Assembly: GCA_049472235.1 (NCBI GenBank) | Contig: JBLIRI010000002.1 | Span: forward strand, 1 to 44,015 | Reading direction: 5' to 3' | Length of the DNA stretch: 44,015 nt | Origin: Thermoplasmatota archaeon | Lineage (GTDB): Archaea > Thermoplasmatota > Penumbrarchaeia > Penumbrarchaeales > Penumbrarchaeaceae | Shown: positions 7,992-16,501 of the stretch, in pieces | Position numbering within the stretch: position 1 is the stretch's first letter | Layout of the letters: the number at the start of each line of letters is the position of its first letter | The notes under the pieces: generated by a model | Seen by the model: only the letters and a program-made list of their open reading frames with translations | What the model was told of the DNA's origin: nothing | Database searches by the model: none | Made by a program: the position numbers and the translations under genes

Positions 7992-10172
7992 ATGCATCTC
8001 ACGGGGAAGGGGTTCCATACATTTCTCGCAGTATCGCTGTTCCTGGTTCCCATTCTTGCCCCGGTGTTCTCTTCGAGCCCCCCGTCAAGAAGAACGGACG
8101 CCCCCTCCCTTCGGGAGGGTACATACCTTGAATGGTCCTACAGCGAATGGAGCCCGGACGGGACATCGAGCAGGACCGGGGTCCAGACCGCAAGCGTTGC
8201 GACGGGTACATGGAACTCCATGGACATCTTCAAGATCTCCGGGACCATCACGGGGGAGTTCGCGACTCCCGACGGCTCCGGGGACGAATCCGGGACCTAT
8301 ATGGCCTATTACCGCCAGGACGATCTGGCGCTGGTCAGGTCGATGAGGGAGCTGACCAGGGTCGTGGACGGTTCCGGAGTATCCGGAACCAACAGCTCCA
8401 CAACTGATCTCGATCTCCCCTACTTCCGATGGGTGAAGTTCCCCCTGAAGGCCAATGCCCCCCAGACATCGTGGACCGATGAAGTAAGGTCCATCACCTC
8501 CTGGACCCTGACATCCGGGGGGTCAACGATCGATTCGGGAACCTCGGACGAGACCTACGTTCACTGGCGCCACTGCTCCGATGAGACGACCCTGAGGATC
8601 GGCAGTACGGTCCATGATGTCCACGTCGTCGACGAGCAGAAGGAAACCGTGGATATGGACAGGGTCCTTAATTCGACCCTTTACTATTCCGATGCGATCG
8701 GGTGGTGGGTGAAGTGGGAGACCTACGCTCCACACGACATGGACAACGTTCTCGTCCAGGAACTGGTCCTCAAAACCGCGGGGGATAACAGCCCCCCTGT
8801 CGCTTCGGATATCCCCGACATCACCATCGACGAGGACGAGGTCTATTCCGGTCTGGACCCGAACCTGTACTTCAACGATCCGGACGGGGATACGCTGGAC
8901 TTCTCCGCCAGCGGCACCGGTGAACTTGAGGTTGACATAGACGGCGATGATGTGGTGATAGTGCCCCCCCCCAACGAACACGGCACCTTCCGCTTCAACC
9001 TGTCCGCGACCGACAGGCAGCACGATCCGGTCAGCTCCGAGGTCGCCGTTATCGTCAGGCCGGTCGACGATCCTCCGGAGCTAAGCCAGGGAATGGTCGA
9101 ACCGGACCAGGGGGACGTGGATACCGAATTTGATTTCACCGTTAACGTCCGGGATATCGAGGGAGACATCCCTGCGATCGTGTATGTCTACGTGGATGGT
9201 TCAAGATACGCCATGTCCGTTGATTCCGGGGACCTGTTCTCTGGAGCTGTGTATATCTGGTCGGGGACGCTCGAGGAAGGCACCCATTCATATCATTTCG
9301 AGGCCGGGGACCAGAGGTTTCCGGCAACGGGAGACCTGAACGGCCCATCCGTCTCCAGTCCAGGGGACCCTGTCATATACAGTCCGTCACTGGACCTCGA
9401 GGAGGGGAACACCGACACGCTGTTCACTTTCACCATCCACTGGAAGGACCCCCGGGGAAGGATGCCAGATGAAATGTACCTTTTCGTGGATGACGGCGAG
9501 GAGATGGTCGAGGGCATGACCACGGAGGATACGGATCCGGCCTCCGGGGTTGAGTTCAGGGTATCGACCTTGTTGACCTCAGGATCCCACAGCTACTACT
9601 TCAAAGCGGAGATCGATGGCTCCACCCTGCGGTATCCGAGGAACGGGGAGCTGATGGGGCCCGACGTCTACGACCCGGAGATAATCCTCGAGGGCTACGT
9701 CCCGGAGGGCCCCTATGAAGGGGATGATGTGACATTCTTCGTCCATTTCCGGTACGGTCTTGGGAGAAGCCCCGAGGTCCAGAAGGTCGTGGTGGACGGG
9801 GAGGAGTTAATCCTGGATATCGAGAGCGGGGACCCCATAGACGGCATGAACCTGACAAGGACAATGAAGCTGGAAAAGGGGACCCACAGGTACAATTTCG
9901 AGATCGAGGTCGACGGACGGGAGATCGTGACCTCCGAGCGGACCCTGAGGGTGAATCCCAAGGAGCAGGTGGATGATGATGACATCAACATCGATCCCGA
10001 CAAGGGATCGGGACCCGGGACATTCGTCCTGATAGTGATCATCGTTCTCCTAGTGATCCTCGGCATAGCCGCTTTCTTCATCATCAGATACAGGCCGCCT
10101 AAGAAGCCCCCGGAAGAGTTCGAGGCCGACGGGTCCTCGGAGGGGAACGTAGGGAACGTCAGGGGGCTTTGA
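7992..10172 (+). CDS. large surface protein: signal peptide, cadherin-like module, three tandem ~100-aa beta-sandwich repeats, C-terminal TM anchor
   Basis: 726 aa. Motifs: DIPDITIDEDEVYSGLDPNLYFNDPDGDTLDFSASG; VDDPPEL; repeats ending GTHSYHFEAGD / GSHSYYFKAEIDG / GTHRYNFEIEVDG; TM FVLIVIIVLLVILGIAAFFII. Confidence 0.8.
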   Translation: MHLTGKGFHTFLAVSLFLVPILAPVFSSSPPSRRTDAPSLREGTYLEWSYSEWSPDGTSSRTGVQTASVATGTWNSMDIFKISGTITGEFATPDGSGDESGTYMAYYRQDDLALVRSMRELTRVVDGSGVSGTNSSTTDLDLPYFRWVKFPLKANAPQTSWTDEVRSITSWTLTSGGSTIDSGTSDETYVHWRHCSDETTLRIGSTVHDVHVVDEQKETVDMDRVLNSTLYYSDAIGWWVKWETYAPHDMDNVLVQELVLKTAGDNSPPVASDIPDITIDEDEVYSGLDPNLYFNDPDGDTLDFSASGTGELEVDIDGDDVVIVPPPNEHGTFRFNLSATDRQHDPVSSEVAVIVRPVDDPPELSQGMVEPDQGDVDTEFDFTVNVRDIEGDIPAIVYVYVDGSRYAMSVDSGDLFSGAVYIWSGTLEEGTHSYHFEAGDQRFPATGDLNGPSVSSPGDPVIYSPSLDLEEGNTDTLFTFTIHWKDPRGRMPDEMYLFVDDGEEMVEGMTTEDTDPASGVEFRVSTLLTSGSHSYYFKAEIDGSTLRYPRNGELMGPDVYDPEIILEGYVPEGPYEGDDVTFFVHFRYGLGRSPEVQKVVVDGEELILDIESGDPIDGMNLTRTMKLEKGTHRYNFEIEVDGREIVTSERTLRVNPKEQVDDDDINIDPDKGSGPGTFVLIVIIVLLVILGIAAFFIIRYRPPKKPPEEFEADGSSEGNVGNVRGL

Positions 10173-10857
10173 CGCATTCCGCCCAGTGGTTCCTGCCGTC
10201 GAAAAAGCTCCGCAGGAGGGTCCATCCGGTCATCGAGAGCTCCTCTTCAAGCTCCCCAGGTCCGAATAGATGGTAGAACCTCATGCCCTCCGCTCCCTTT
10301 TTCCATGGTACGAAGAAGTCCCCCGGAAGCGGGCCGTCATGTTTCCCGGGCTCCCTCCGTCCCTCGATCCTCGAGAGATGGTCCTTCCGGAACCTCTCCT
10401 GGTCCCACGTCCATACCGAGACCTGAAGGAATCCTCCCTCGGCCGTGACCCGGTATGCCTCCTCGAGGGCTCTTGTCCTTGCTTTCCGGTCGGGCAGATG
10501 GTGGAGAGCAGCGATCATCAGGCAAAGGTCGAGGACCTCATCGCCCAGGGGGAGTTCCTCCAGGTCCCCCTCCATAAGGACGGCGTTCTCGATGTGCCCG
10601 GACCTTTCAAGGGAGCTTCTTGCCATCTGGAGCTGCCCCGGAGAACTGTCGATACCTGTCACCCTGCAACCAAGCCCTGCTGCCTCCACCAGCGCCCTGC
10701 CCGTTCCGCAGCCGAGGTCGCCCACCCTGCAGGGGGCATGCTCCTTGATGATGTCCCGTGTGGGGGGCCAAACCCTGTCCCTCGTCACTGCGAAATGAGG
10801 GGCGATCCGGTCGTAGGTCTTTCGGACCCCTTCCTTGATCTCATCGGTTCCGGTCAC
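10159..10857 (-). CDS. class I SAM-dependent methyltransferase (Methyltransf_11-like; possibly Trm9-like)
   Basis: 232 aa with a GTG start. Motif I VGDLGCGTGR and post-I GIDSSPGQL. The C-terminal FFVPWKK...RFYHLFGPGELEEEL resembles the Trm9/ALKBH8 methyltransferase domain (inference). Confidence 0.7.
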   Translation of the reverse strand: MTGTDEIKEGVRKTYDRIAPHFAVTRDRVWPPTRDIIKEHAPCRVGDLGCGTGRALVEAAGLGCRVTGIDSSPGQLQMARSSLERSGHIENAVLMEGDLEELPLGDEVLDLCLMIAALHHLPDRKARTRALEEAYRVTAEGGFLQVSVWTWDQERFRKDHLSRIEGRREPGKHDGPLPGDFFVPWKKGAEGMRFYHLFGPGELEEELSMTGWTLLRSFFDGRNHWAECVKAP

Positions 10858-10868
10858 AAGCCTCGCCT

Positions 10869-11987
10869 TCAGATCCTGGATGCTATCGCCCTGGCCATCT
10901 CCATCGTGGAGTTCGTGCCGCCGAGGTCCTTGGTCCTCACCGCTCCTTCCTTGACGACCTCCGCCACAGCCCTCTCGATGACCGCTCCCATTTCCGTTTC
11001 ACCGAGGTGGTCCAGCATCAGTTTCGATGCCAGTATCATCGCTATCGGGTTCACCACGCCCTGCCCCGCATATTTCGGCGCGGAGCCGTGGGTAGGTTCG
11101 AAGACCGCATAATCGTCCCCTATGTTGGCGGCGGCTGCGAACCCGAGACCCCCCACGAGCCCCCCTCCGAGGTCGGAGAGGATGTCCCCGAACAGGTTGG
11201 AAGCCACAATGACCTGGTACTTTTCAGGGTCCTTAACAAGCCACATCGCCATGGCATCTATGTTCGCCTCGTCCATGGGGACGTCCGGATACTCGGCGGC
11301 CATCTCTCTCGCGACCTTCGTCATCAGGCCCGAGGTCTCCCTGAGGACATTGGGTTTTTCCGCAAGGGTCAGCCTCGTCCTCTTGAACTTCCTGGCGTAT
11401 TCGAACCCGGACCTGACTATCCTCCGGGCCCCTCTTCTGGATATGACCCTGAGGGATACCGCCACGTCTTCCGGGGGGAACTCCTGGAACGGGCCCCATT
11501 TCTTGTGATGTTTGAGAAAGGTCTCCCTGACCTCGTCGGGAACGGGCCACCATTCTATCCCGGCGTAGAGGCCTTCGGTGTTCTCCCTGAAGACCACAAG
11601 GTCGATGCCGTCCTTGACGTTCAGGGGATTACCAGTATACGACCTGCAGGGGCGCATATTGGTGTGGAGCTGGAAGAGCTGCCTCATTCCAACTATGGGG
11701 GAGAAATAGACGTATCCCCTGTCCCTGAGGGATGGGTCGAGCTCCTTCGCGGCTTCGTCCTTGGGCTTTGAGGTGATGGCCCCGAACAGGGCGCAGTCGG
11801 TGTTCCGGAGAAGCTCTATAGTTCTGTCCGGGAGGGCGTTCCCCTCGCTCTTCCAGAACTCCCAGCCGATGTCCCCGGGCCTGTAATCCGCCTTGAAACC
11901 GACGGTATCCAGGACGAGCTTGGCAGCTTCCACGACCTCGACACCCACGCCGTCCCCCGGCATTTCCGCGATCCTGTATCTTGTCAT
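10869..11987 (-). CDS. isocitrate/isopropylmalate dehydrogenase family protein
   Basis: 372 aa. Motifs: MPGDGVGVEV, VVFRENTEGLYAG, HGSAPKYAGQGVVNPIAMILA. Substrate cannot be assigned by eye. Confidence 0.8.
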   Translation of the reverse strand: MTRYRIAEMPGDGVGVEVVEAAKLVLDTVGFKADYRPGDIGWEFWKSEGNALPDRTIELLRNTDCALFGAITSKPKDEAAKELDPSLRDRGYVYFSPIVGMRQLFQLHTNMRPCRSYTGNPLNVKDGIDLVVFRENTEGLYAGIEWWPVPDEVRETFLKHHKKWGPFQEFPPEDVAVSLRVISRRGARRIVRSGFEYARKFKRTRLTLAEKPNVLRETSGLMTKVAREMAAEYPDVPMDEANIDAMAMWLVKDPEKYQVIVASNLFGDILSDLGGGLVGGLGFAAAANIGDDYAVFEPTHGSAPKYAGQGVVNPIAMILASKLMLDHLGETEMGAVIERAVAEVVKEGAVRTKDLGGTNSTMEMARAIASRI

Positions 11988-12095
11988 GATGTTCCCTCGC
12001 CGGTGCCAATATCGGCTAGGCCATATATCTATGGTTCGAAAGAAGGTCGGGTCCTCCCGCCGAGGATATTCATATATTTCTCACCTGACAGGTCC

Positions 12096-13661
12096 TTACT
12101 TCCTAAGGACGACCTTGAGCTTCCTCAGGACCTCTTCTTGGTCCATCGTGGACAGGAAGAAACCGAGTCTCGGGCCCCTGTCCCTTCCAAGCAGTATCCG
12201 GTAGAAGGCCTTGAAAGTGGTCCCCGGCTCGATGCCCCTTGACCTCGATCCCTCGTATATCGCGTTATGGATGTTCTCCCCGTCCCAGGGGATAGCCTGG
12301 AAATCCTGATACATGGCCTCGAGAGCGGCCTTCATCTCGCTATCGAGCTTCTCGATCTCCTCGAGGGGAGGCTCATCATAGAGCTGGAACCTGACCCCCT
12401 CCGGAGCGAACCGCTCCAGCCAGAAATCGACGCATGCCTTTCTATGGACCAATCTTTCCAGCGATGCTCCCGACATCTCCTCGATACCCTCCGAGCGCTT
12501 GATCATATCCACCATCTGGTCGATGTCCGACGCAAGCTGGGTTAGCGTTACAAGGTGTCGGTACGGAACGTTGACGAGATGCTCCATATCCTTCCTGTCC
12601 CCGGCCCCCCTCACCATGGAGAGCATGTAGGTCCTCTTCATATCGTCCGGGTCGTCAGCGCTCTCATCCTTGTAGAAGTTCTCCTCGTATCGGTCGAACT
12701 CGTCCACGAGGTTGAGGATCCCCAGACCGGGGTCCATGTCGATGTGCCTTGACGGCTGGTTCCTTGCTATGAGGAACCTGAGCACCTCCGGCGGGGTCAT
12801 CCTGAGCATATCCACACCGCTTACAACGACCCCGCTCGACGAGGACATTGCCCCTTTCCCCTTGAGCTGTATCCATTCATAGACCACCGGTATCGGCGGC
12901 TCCCTTCCGAAGATCCTTCGGATGATCTCCGATGAGGTATCGTAGGAGCCTCCGGAAGCGGCATGGTCCTTTCCAAAAGGTTCGCAGGTGACCCCGAGCC
13001 AGTACCATCTTGCCGGCCAGTCCAGCCTCCAGGGGAGCTTGCCGTCATCGGTCCTGGTGTCCGCCCTGCCCTCATGACCGCATCTGCACCTGAAAAGAAC
13101 GTACGGTGCAGACCATTCGTATGCCTGTGTGGAGCTGATCCTCCCGCAGGAAGGGCATTTCGGATTGTAGGGGAACCAATCTGAGGGAAGGTCCCTGCCG
13201 GAAACCCTGTTCAGTATCTCCCTTGCCTCTTCCCTCTTATCGAGGAGAATGGCGATGGCCTCGGCATATCTGCCTTCCCTGTAGGACTCGCTGGAGGGAA
13301 GGACGACCGGTTCGATGCCGAGCTCCTCCACGGACTCGAGGAACGGCTCCAGAAAATGTTGGGCATAGGTCTTTCCGTCGCCTCCCGGGGACGGGATCTC
13401 CGAAAGGGGCTTGCCGATATGTTCGGAGTATTCCCCGGGGAGGAAAGGATAGACCTTCCTGAGGGGGTCGAAATCATCCGCAAGATAATAGAGGGTCGAA
13501 TCCACCCCGATCTCCCGGGAGGCATGATGCACGAGCTCACCGGTGAGTATCTCCCTCATGTTCCCCACGTGGATATGGCCGGAAGGGGTGATACCAGTGG
13601 CGATTCTGTGGGGCCCCCCCGAATCCTTCAGCCTTTCAGCTATTACATCAGCCCAGTGCAT
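12096..13661 (-). CDS. lysK: lysine--tRNA ligase, class I
   Basis: 521 aa. N-terminal MHWAD, HIGH-type PSGHIHVGN, KMSKS-type GAMSSSSG, and the overall archaeal class I LysRS layout. Confidence 0.9.
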   Translation of the reverse strand: MHWADVIAERLKDSGGPHRIATGITPSGHIHVGNMREILTGELVHHASREIGVDSTLYYLADDFDPLRKVYPFLPGEYSEHIGKPLSEIPSPGGDGKTYAQHFLEPFLESVEELGIEPVVLPSSESYREGRYAEAIAILLDKREEAREILNRVSGRDLPSDWFPYNPKCPSCGRISSTQAYEWSAPYVLFRCRCGHEGRADTRTDDGKLPWRLDWPARWYWLGVTCEPFGKDHAASGGSYDTSSEIIRRIFGREPPIPVVYEWIQLKGKGAMSSSSGVVVSGVDMLRMTPPEVLRFLIARNQPSRHIDMDPGLGILNLVDEFDRYEENFYKDESADDPDDMKRTYMLSMVRGAGDRKDMEHLVNVPYRHLVTLTQLASDIDQMVDMIKRSEGIEEMSGASLERLVHRKACVDFWLERFAPEGVRFQLYDEPPLEEIEKLDSEMKAALEAMYQDFQAIPWDGENIHNAIYEGSRSRGIEPGTTFKAFYRILLGRDRGPRLGFFLSTMDQEEVLRKLKVVLRK

Positions 13662-13682
13662 TCCATCACCAAGGGAACTGCC

Positions 13683-14282
13683 TCAAACGACATGCGTCCT
13701 TATCAGAGCCCTCACGGGAACTCCGTCGATCTGGTCGAAGTTCTGTTTGTTGACGATAGACAGGCAGAGGGCGGGTTCTCCCTGGTTGGCCTTGAGGAAC
13801 TCGATGGCGTTCTTCATGGTGGACCCGGTCGAGAGAACATCATCGACTATCACCACCCTCTTGTCCCTTACACCGGCGAAATTTGAGAGTATCGAACCAA
13901 CAGCCTCTCCCGGCTCCTCGCCACGTTTTGGCCTGAAAAGGACCAGTTCGACGTCCATCTCGTTGGCGATGGTGGTTGCCAGGGGTATGCCGTTTATGGC
14001 GACACCCATTATCGCATCGATGTCCATATCGTGCTTGGCGCACTCCTCGAGAATGATATCAGAGAAGATCCTGGCCATATGCGTGAGCCTGGAAGAATAT
14101 ACACCCATTGACCTCCATCCGATGTAGATGTCCGCAGGTGGTTTCTCCGTTCCCTCGCCCCGTGAGAGCAGCCATCCTACGGTCTCCTCCGACAGGTGAA
14201 GCTCCTTTGCGATGTCTTCTCTAGATAGTCCCTTCTCCCGGAGTTCCAGCACCTGTTTGATCATCTTCTCCGTGGTTGGCAT
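13683..14282 (-). CDS. gfcR: HTH plus phosphoribosyltransferase regulator (orotate PRTase-like, GfcR family)
   Basis: N-terminal HTH (LSREDIAKELHLSEETVGWLL) and the PRPP-binding loop VVIVDDVLSTGST. ATG at 14282; an alternative GTG lies at 14291. Confidence 0.7.
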   Translation of the reverse strand: MPTTEKMIKQVLELREKGLSREDIAKELHLSEETVGWLLSRGEGTEKPPADIYIGWRSMGVYSSRLTHMARIFSDIILEECAKHDMDIDAIMGVAINGIPLATTIANEMDVELVLFRPKRGEEPGEAVGSILSNFAGVRDKRVVIVDDVLSTGSTMKNAIEFLKANQGEPALCLSIVNKQNFDQIDGVPVRALIRTHVV

Positions 14283-14310
14283 CCGGTTCACCTCTTTGAT
14301 TTGTCCGTGG

Positions 14311-14340
14311 ATGAAGTAACTTCATTATATATTTTTCATA
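14311..14340 (-). promoter_or_regulatory. TATA-like box plus 7-1-7 palindrome upstream of the gfcR-like gene
   Basis: ATGAAGT-A-ACTTCAT (14311-14325) lies next to AAAATATATAAT on the minus strand (14324-14336), 35-50 nt upstream of the start. Confidence 0.35.
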
Positions 14341-14429
14341 GTACGCGGGAGAGCGGGAATATATGGTCGTATACCGCGGGCCCCTGCTCCAAGGACCCGG
14401 TCCGTCGTCCATCCGGTCCCGAAATGGGC

Positions 14430-14918
14430 TCATTCTGTGCCCTGATATTCTGCCTCGGTCCTGGCGAGTTTGATCTCGTCCATTATTTCGACGATCTCCG
14501 AAGGGTTCAGCCTGAGCCTTCTCTCGGATATTCCGGTCTTGATGAGCACCTTCCAGACCTTGAAGGTCTTGAGCTTCTCGAAGGGTATCTCGAGATTGTA
14601 GATCTTACCAACCTTCTCCCCGTCGGAATCGAAAACGGTGTGCTTCTTGAGCTCGTCGAAGGGATATCTCTCCCTCATGGGGTGCTTCGGCGCTTCCAGG
14701 GTTTTGAACTCGTCGTTCACGATGACGATCTTGTCCCCCTCGTCGAACTTGACGACATCCTCGACCCTGATCATGAACTCCTTCTTGAGGGTCCCGGGTG
14801 ATATCTCGAAGCCGACGATCATCCACTTGTTGAGGTCGATGTATATGTCCTTGATCTTTCCGACGTGGTTCCCCACCGAATTGACCACCTTGTAATCCTC
14901 TATCAGCTTTGCAAGCAA
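14430..14918 (-). CDS. tandem double PRC-barrel domain protein
   Basis: 162 aa. TTG start preceded by AGGAGG at 7 nt. Two PRC-barrel-like units: VVNSVGNHVGKIKDIYIDLNKWMIVGFEI... and VFDSDGEKVGKIYNLEIPFEKLKTFKVWKVLIK... Confidence 0.7.
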   Translation of the reverse strand: MLAKLIEDYKVVNSVGNHVGKIKDIYIDLNKWMIVGFEISPGTLKKEFMIRVEDVVKFDEGDKIVIVNDEFKTLEAPKHPMRERYPFDELKKHTVFDSDGEKVGKIYNLEIPFEKLKTFKVWKVLIKTGISERRLRLNPSEIVEIMDEIKLARTEAEYQGTE

Positions 14919-14929
14919 GGGGATCCCTC

Positions 14930-15277
14930 CTATTTCTTCTTCGATGCGGTCTGGACCTGGGCCATCTCCTTCTCCATGGCCGATATATGGGCGTCCGCGT
15001 CTATCATGTATTCCTTCATCCCCGAGATCCTGGACGTGAGGCTTGTATACCTCATCTCGTATGATTCGATGTCCAGACCCGTGAGGATGCCGTATTCCTG
15101 GATGTAGGCGTCCATGTTCTGGTCAAGGTATTTTTCGATCCTTCCATCCAGGAGCTTCCTCCTGTATTTGGGAGCTTCCTCGACCTCCCCCTCCTCTTCC
15201 TCCTTTCTCCTGAAGAGGGACCTGAACCATTCCGAGAAACCCTTCTTTTGATGTTCTTCCTCGACGTATTCCGCCAT
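14930..15277 (-). CDS. coiled-coil protein, paralog 3 of a tandem trio
   Basis: ATG at 15277 with GAGGAGGTGA upstream. Acidic N-terminus followed by the block IEKYLDQNMDAYIQEYGILTGLDIESY and a long helix. TAG stop. Confidence 0.6.
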   Translation of the reverse strand: MAEYVEEEHQKKGFSEWFRSLFRRKEEEEGEVEEAPKYRRKLLDGRIEKYLDQNMDAYIQEYGILTGLDIESYEMRYTSLTSRISGMKEYMIDADAHISAMEKEMAQVQTASKKK

Positions 15278-15289
15278 CAAGTCACCTCC

Positions 15290-15622
15290 TCAGAATCCCT
15301 CCATGTCCTTCATCTTGGTCTCGAGGGCCGTCATCCTCTTGTCAAGGGTCACTCTCTTCTTTTCAAGGCCGTCGATGTCACTCCCAACCTTTCCGAGCCT
15401 CTTGAGCATATCCTTCTTGAAATCCTTCACCTTATCCCTTGTGAGGAAGTCCCACTCGCCCATTATCCCCCGGAAGTTCTCGTCGAAGTAGAGTTCGATG
15501 TGGGAAGGCCCCTTCTTGCTTTTCCTTGAGAGCTGGAAATACCAGATAAGGGCAAGTATGAAGGCGAGAACCAATATGCCGATGGTCAGCACAAATCCGA
15601 AAGTAGTCCAATCCCAACCCAT
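15290..15622 (-). CDS. membrane-anchored coiled-coil protein, paralog 2 of the trio
   Basis: ATG at 15622 with GAGGTGAT upstream (alternative GTG at 15631). One TM (FGFVLTIGILVLAFILALIWYF), then IELYFDENFRGIMGEWDFLTRDKVKDF and a K/E/M-rich helix. Confidence 0.6.
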   Translation of the reverse strand: MGWDWTTFGFVLTIGILVLAFILALIWYFQLSRKSKKGPSHIELYFDENFRGIMGEWDFLTRDKVKDFKKDMLKRLGKVGSDIDGLEKKRVTLDKRMTALETKMKDMEGF

Positions 15623-15632
15623 TCCAATCACC

Positions 15633-15905
15633 TCACTTCACTCCGTACTTCATCTTGAGCCGATCGAGCCTTGCCCGGCCGGACCTCAGTCTCTCATCGA
15701 AGTTCTTTTTCCATCTTTCCATCTCGTCCATTCTGGACTCGAAGCCCTCGAACTCCTTGTCAAGATCGGCGACATCGTTGCGGTCCGCGATCTTGTATTC
15801 GTCCATCAACATGGGGAGCCTTTCGCTCAGGTACTGGTCCAACTTCCTGTTGATGGATAAGGGGTGGGTCACCGAGATGGCCTGCAAGCTCTGTCCGATT
15901 CCCAT
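15633..15905 (-). CDS. coiled-coil protein, paralog 1 of the trio
   Basis: 90 aa. ATG with AGGTGA upstream. Block LDQYLSERLPMLMDEYKIADRNDVADL followed by a helix. Confidence 0.6.
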   Translation of the reverse strand: MGIGQSLQAISVTHPLSINRKLDQYLSERLPMLMDEYKIADRNDVADLDKEFEGFESRMDEMERWKKNFDERLRSGRARLDRLKMKYGVK

Positions 15906-16316
15906 TCAATCACCTTTTTCCTCTTGATCCTCATTCTTCTTCCTGAACCGGGAGGCGAATTTTTTCCAGGTATCCTTCAGCTCGTCCTTAAGCTTGTGGA
16001 AAGGTTCGATATCAACCGTATCCCCTTCGTCCACATCGAGGTCCTCCATATCACCCTGCCGGAGGATGATGACGTTCTTTGGTGCTAACCTGTCCGATAC
16101 GAGGCGAACGACCTTGTCCTTCTTCCCGTACCTGACAACGACCATGTGTGATCCGTCATCCTCGAACATATCCATATGAGATGTATGGAGTCTCGCGATC
16201 CCCGCATCCACGGATGATATCCTGCTTTTTTTAACGGGCAAACTTATGATGACATCCTCATCCCTTTCTTTTTCCAAACTTTCGCCCCCCCAAGCCTGTT
16301 CTCGAATCGTATCCAA
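15906..16316 (-). CDS. cradle-loop barrel protein (AbrB / Cdc48-N double-psi-barrel-like) with a K/E-rich tail
   Basis: 136 aa ORF. Two barrel half-repeats by eye: GIARLHTSHMDMFEDDGSHMVVV and VIILRQGDMEDLDVDEGDTVDIEPF. The only start is TTG, with no SD. The start is uncertain; see the frameshift finding. Confidence 0.5.
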   Translation of the reverse strand: MDTIREQAWGGESLEKERDEDVIISLPVKKSRISSVDAGIARLHTSHMDMFEDDGSHMVVVRYGKKDKVVRLVSDRLAPKNVIILRQGDMEDLDVDEGDTVDIEPFHKLKDELKDTWKKFASRFRKKNEDQEEKGD

Positions 16317-16414
16317 CCGTTATTAAGATTTGCCCGTATCATGAAGGTCATCTGGTCCCGGTCCAGTTCGGGTTTAAAAAGGGAACCCCCACCCTCGCTG
16401 TCCAATACCCTCAT
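16244..16414 (-). CDS. possible leaderless small ORF (56 aa) overlapping the barrel gene in another frame
   Basis: ATG at 16414 lies about 28 nt downstream of TATA-like TTATAAAC on the minus strand. No recognisable domain. It may be the true 5' part of a frameshifted gene. Confidence 0.25.
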   Translation of the reverse strand: MRVLDSEGGGSLFKPELDRDQMTFMIRANLNNGWIRFENRLGGAKVWKKKGMRMSS

Positions 16415-16438
16415 AATGCTCAGGCGTTTACTCAAAAT

Positions 16439-16449
16439 GTTTATAATGG
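16439..16449. promoter_or_regulatory. shared A/T-rich TATA-like element in a divergent intergenic region
   Basis: GTTTATAATGG lies about 55 nt upstream of ATG 16502 (+) and about 28 nt upstream of ATG 16414 (-). Confidence 0.35.
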
Positions 16450-16501
16450 AAGGGTCATTTTGAGGGTCGTATCCAGTCCTTTTCGGGTCGAGGTGTTCTG
16501 C

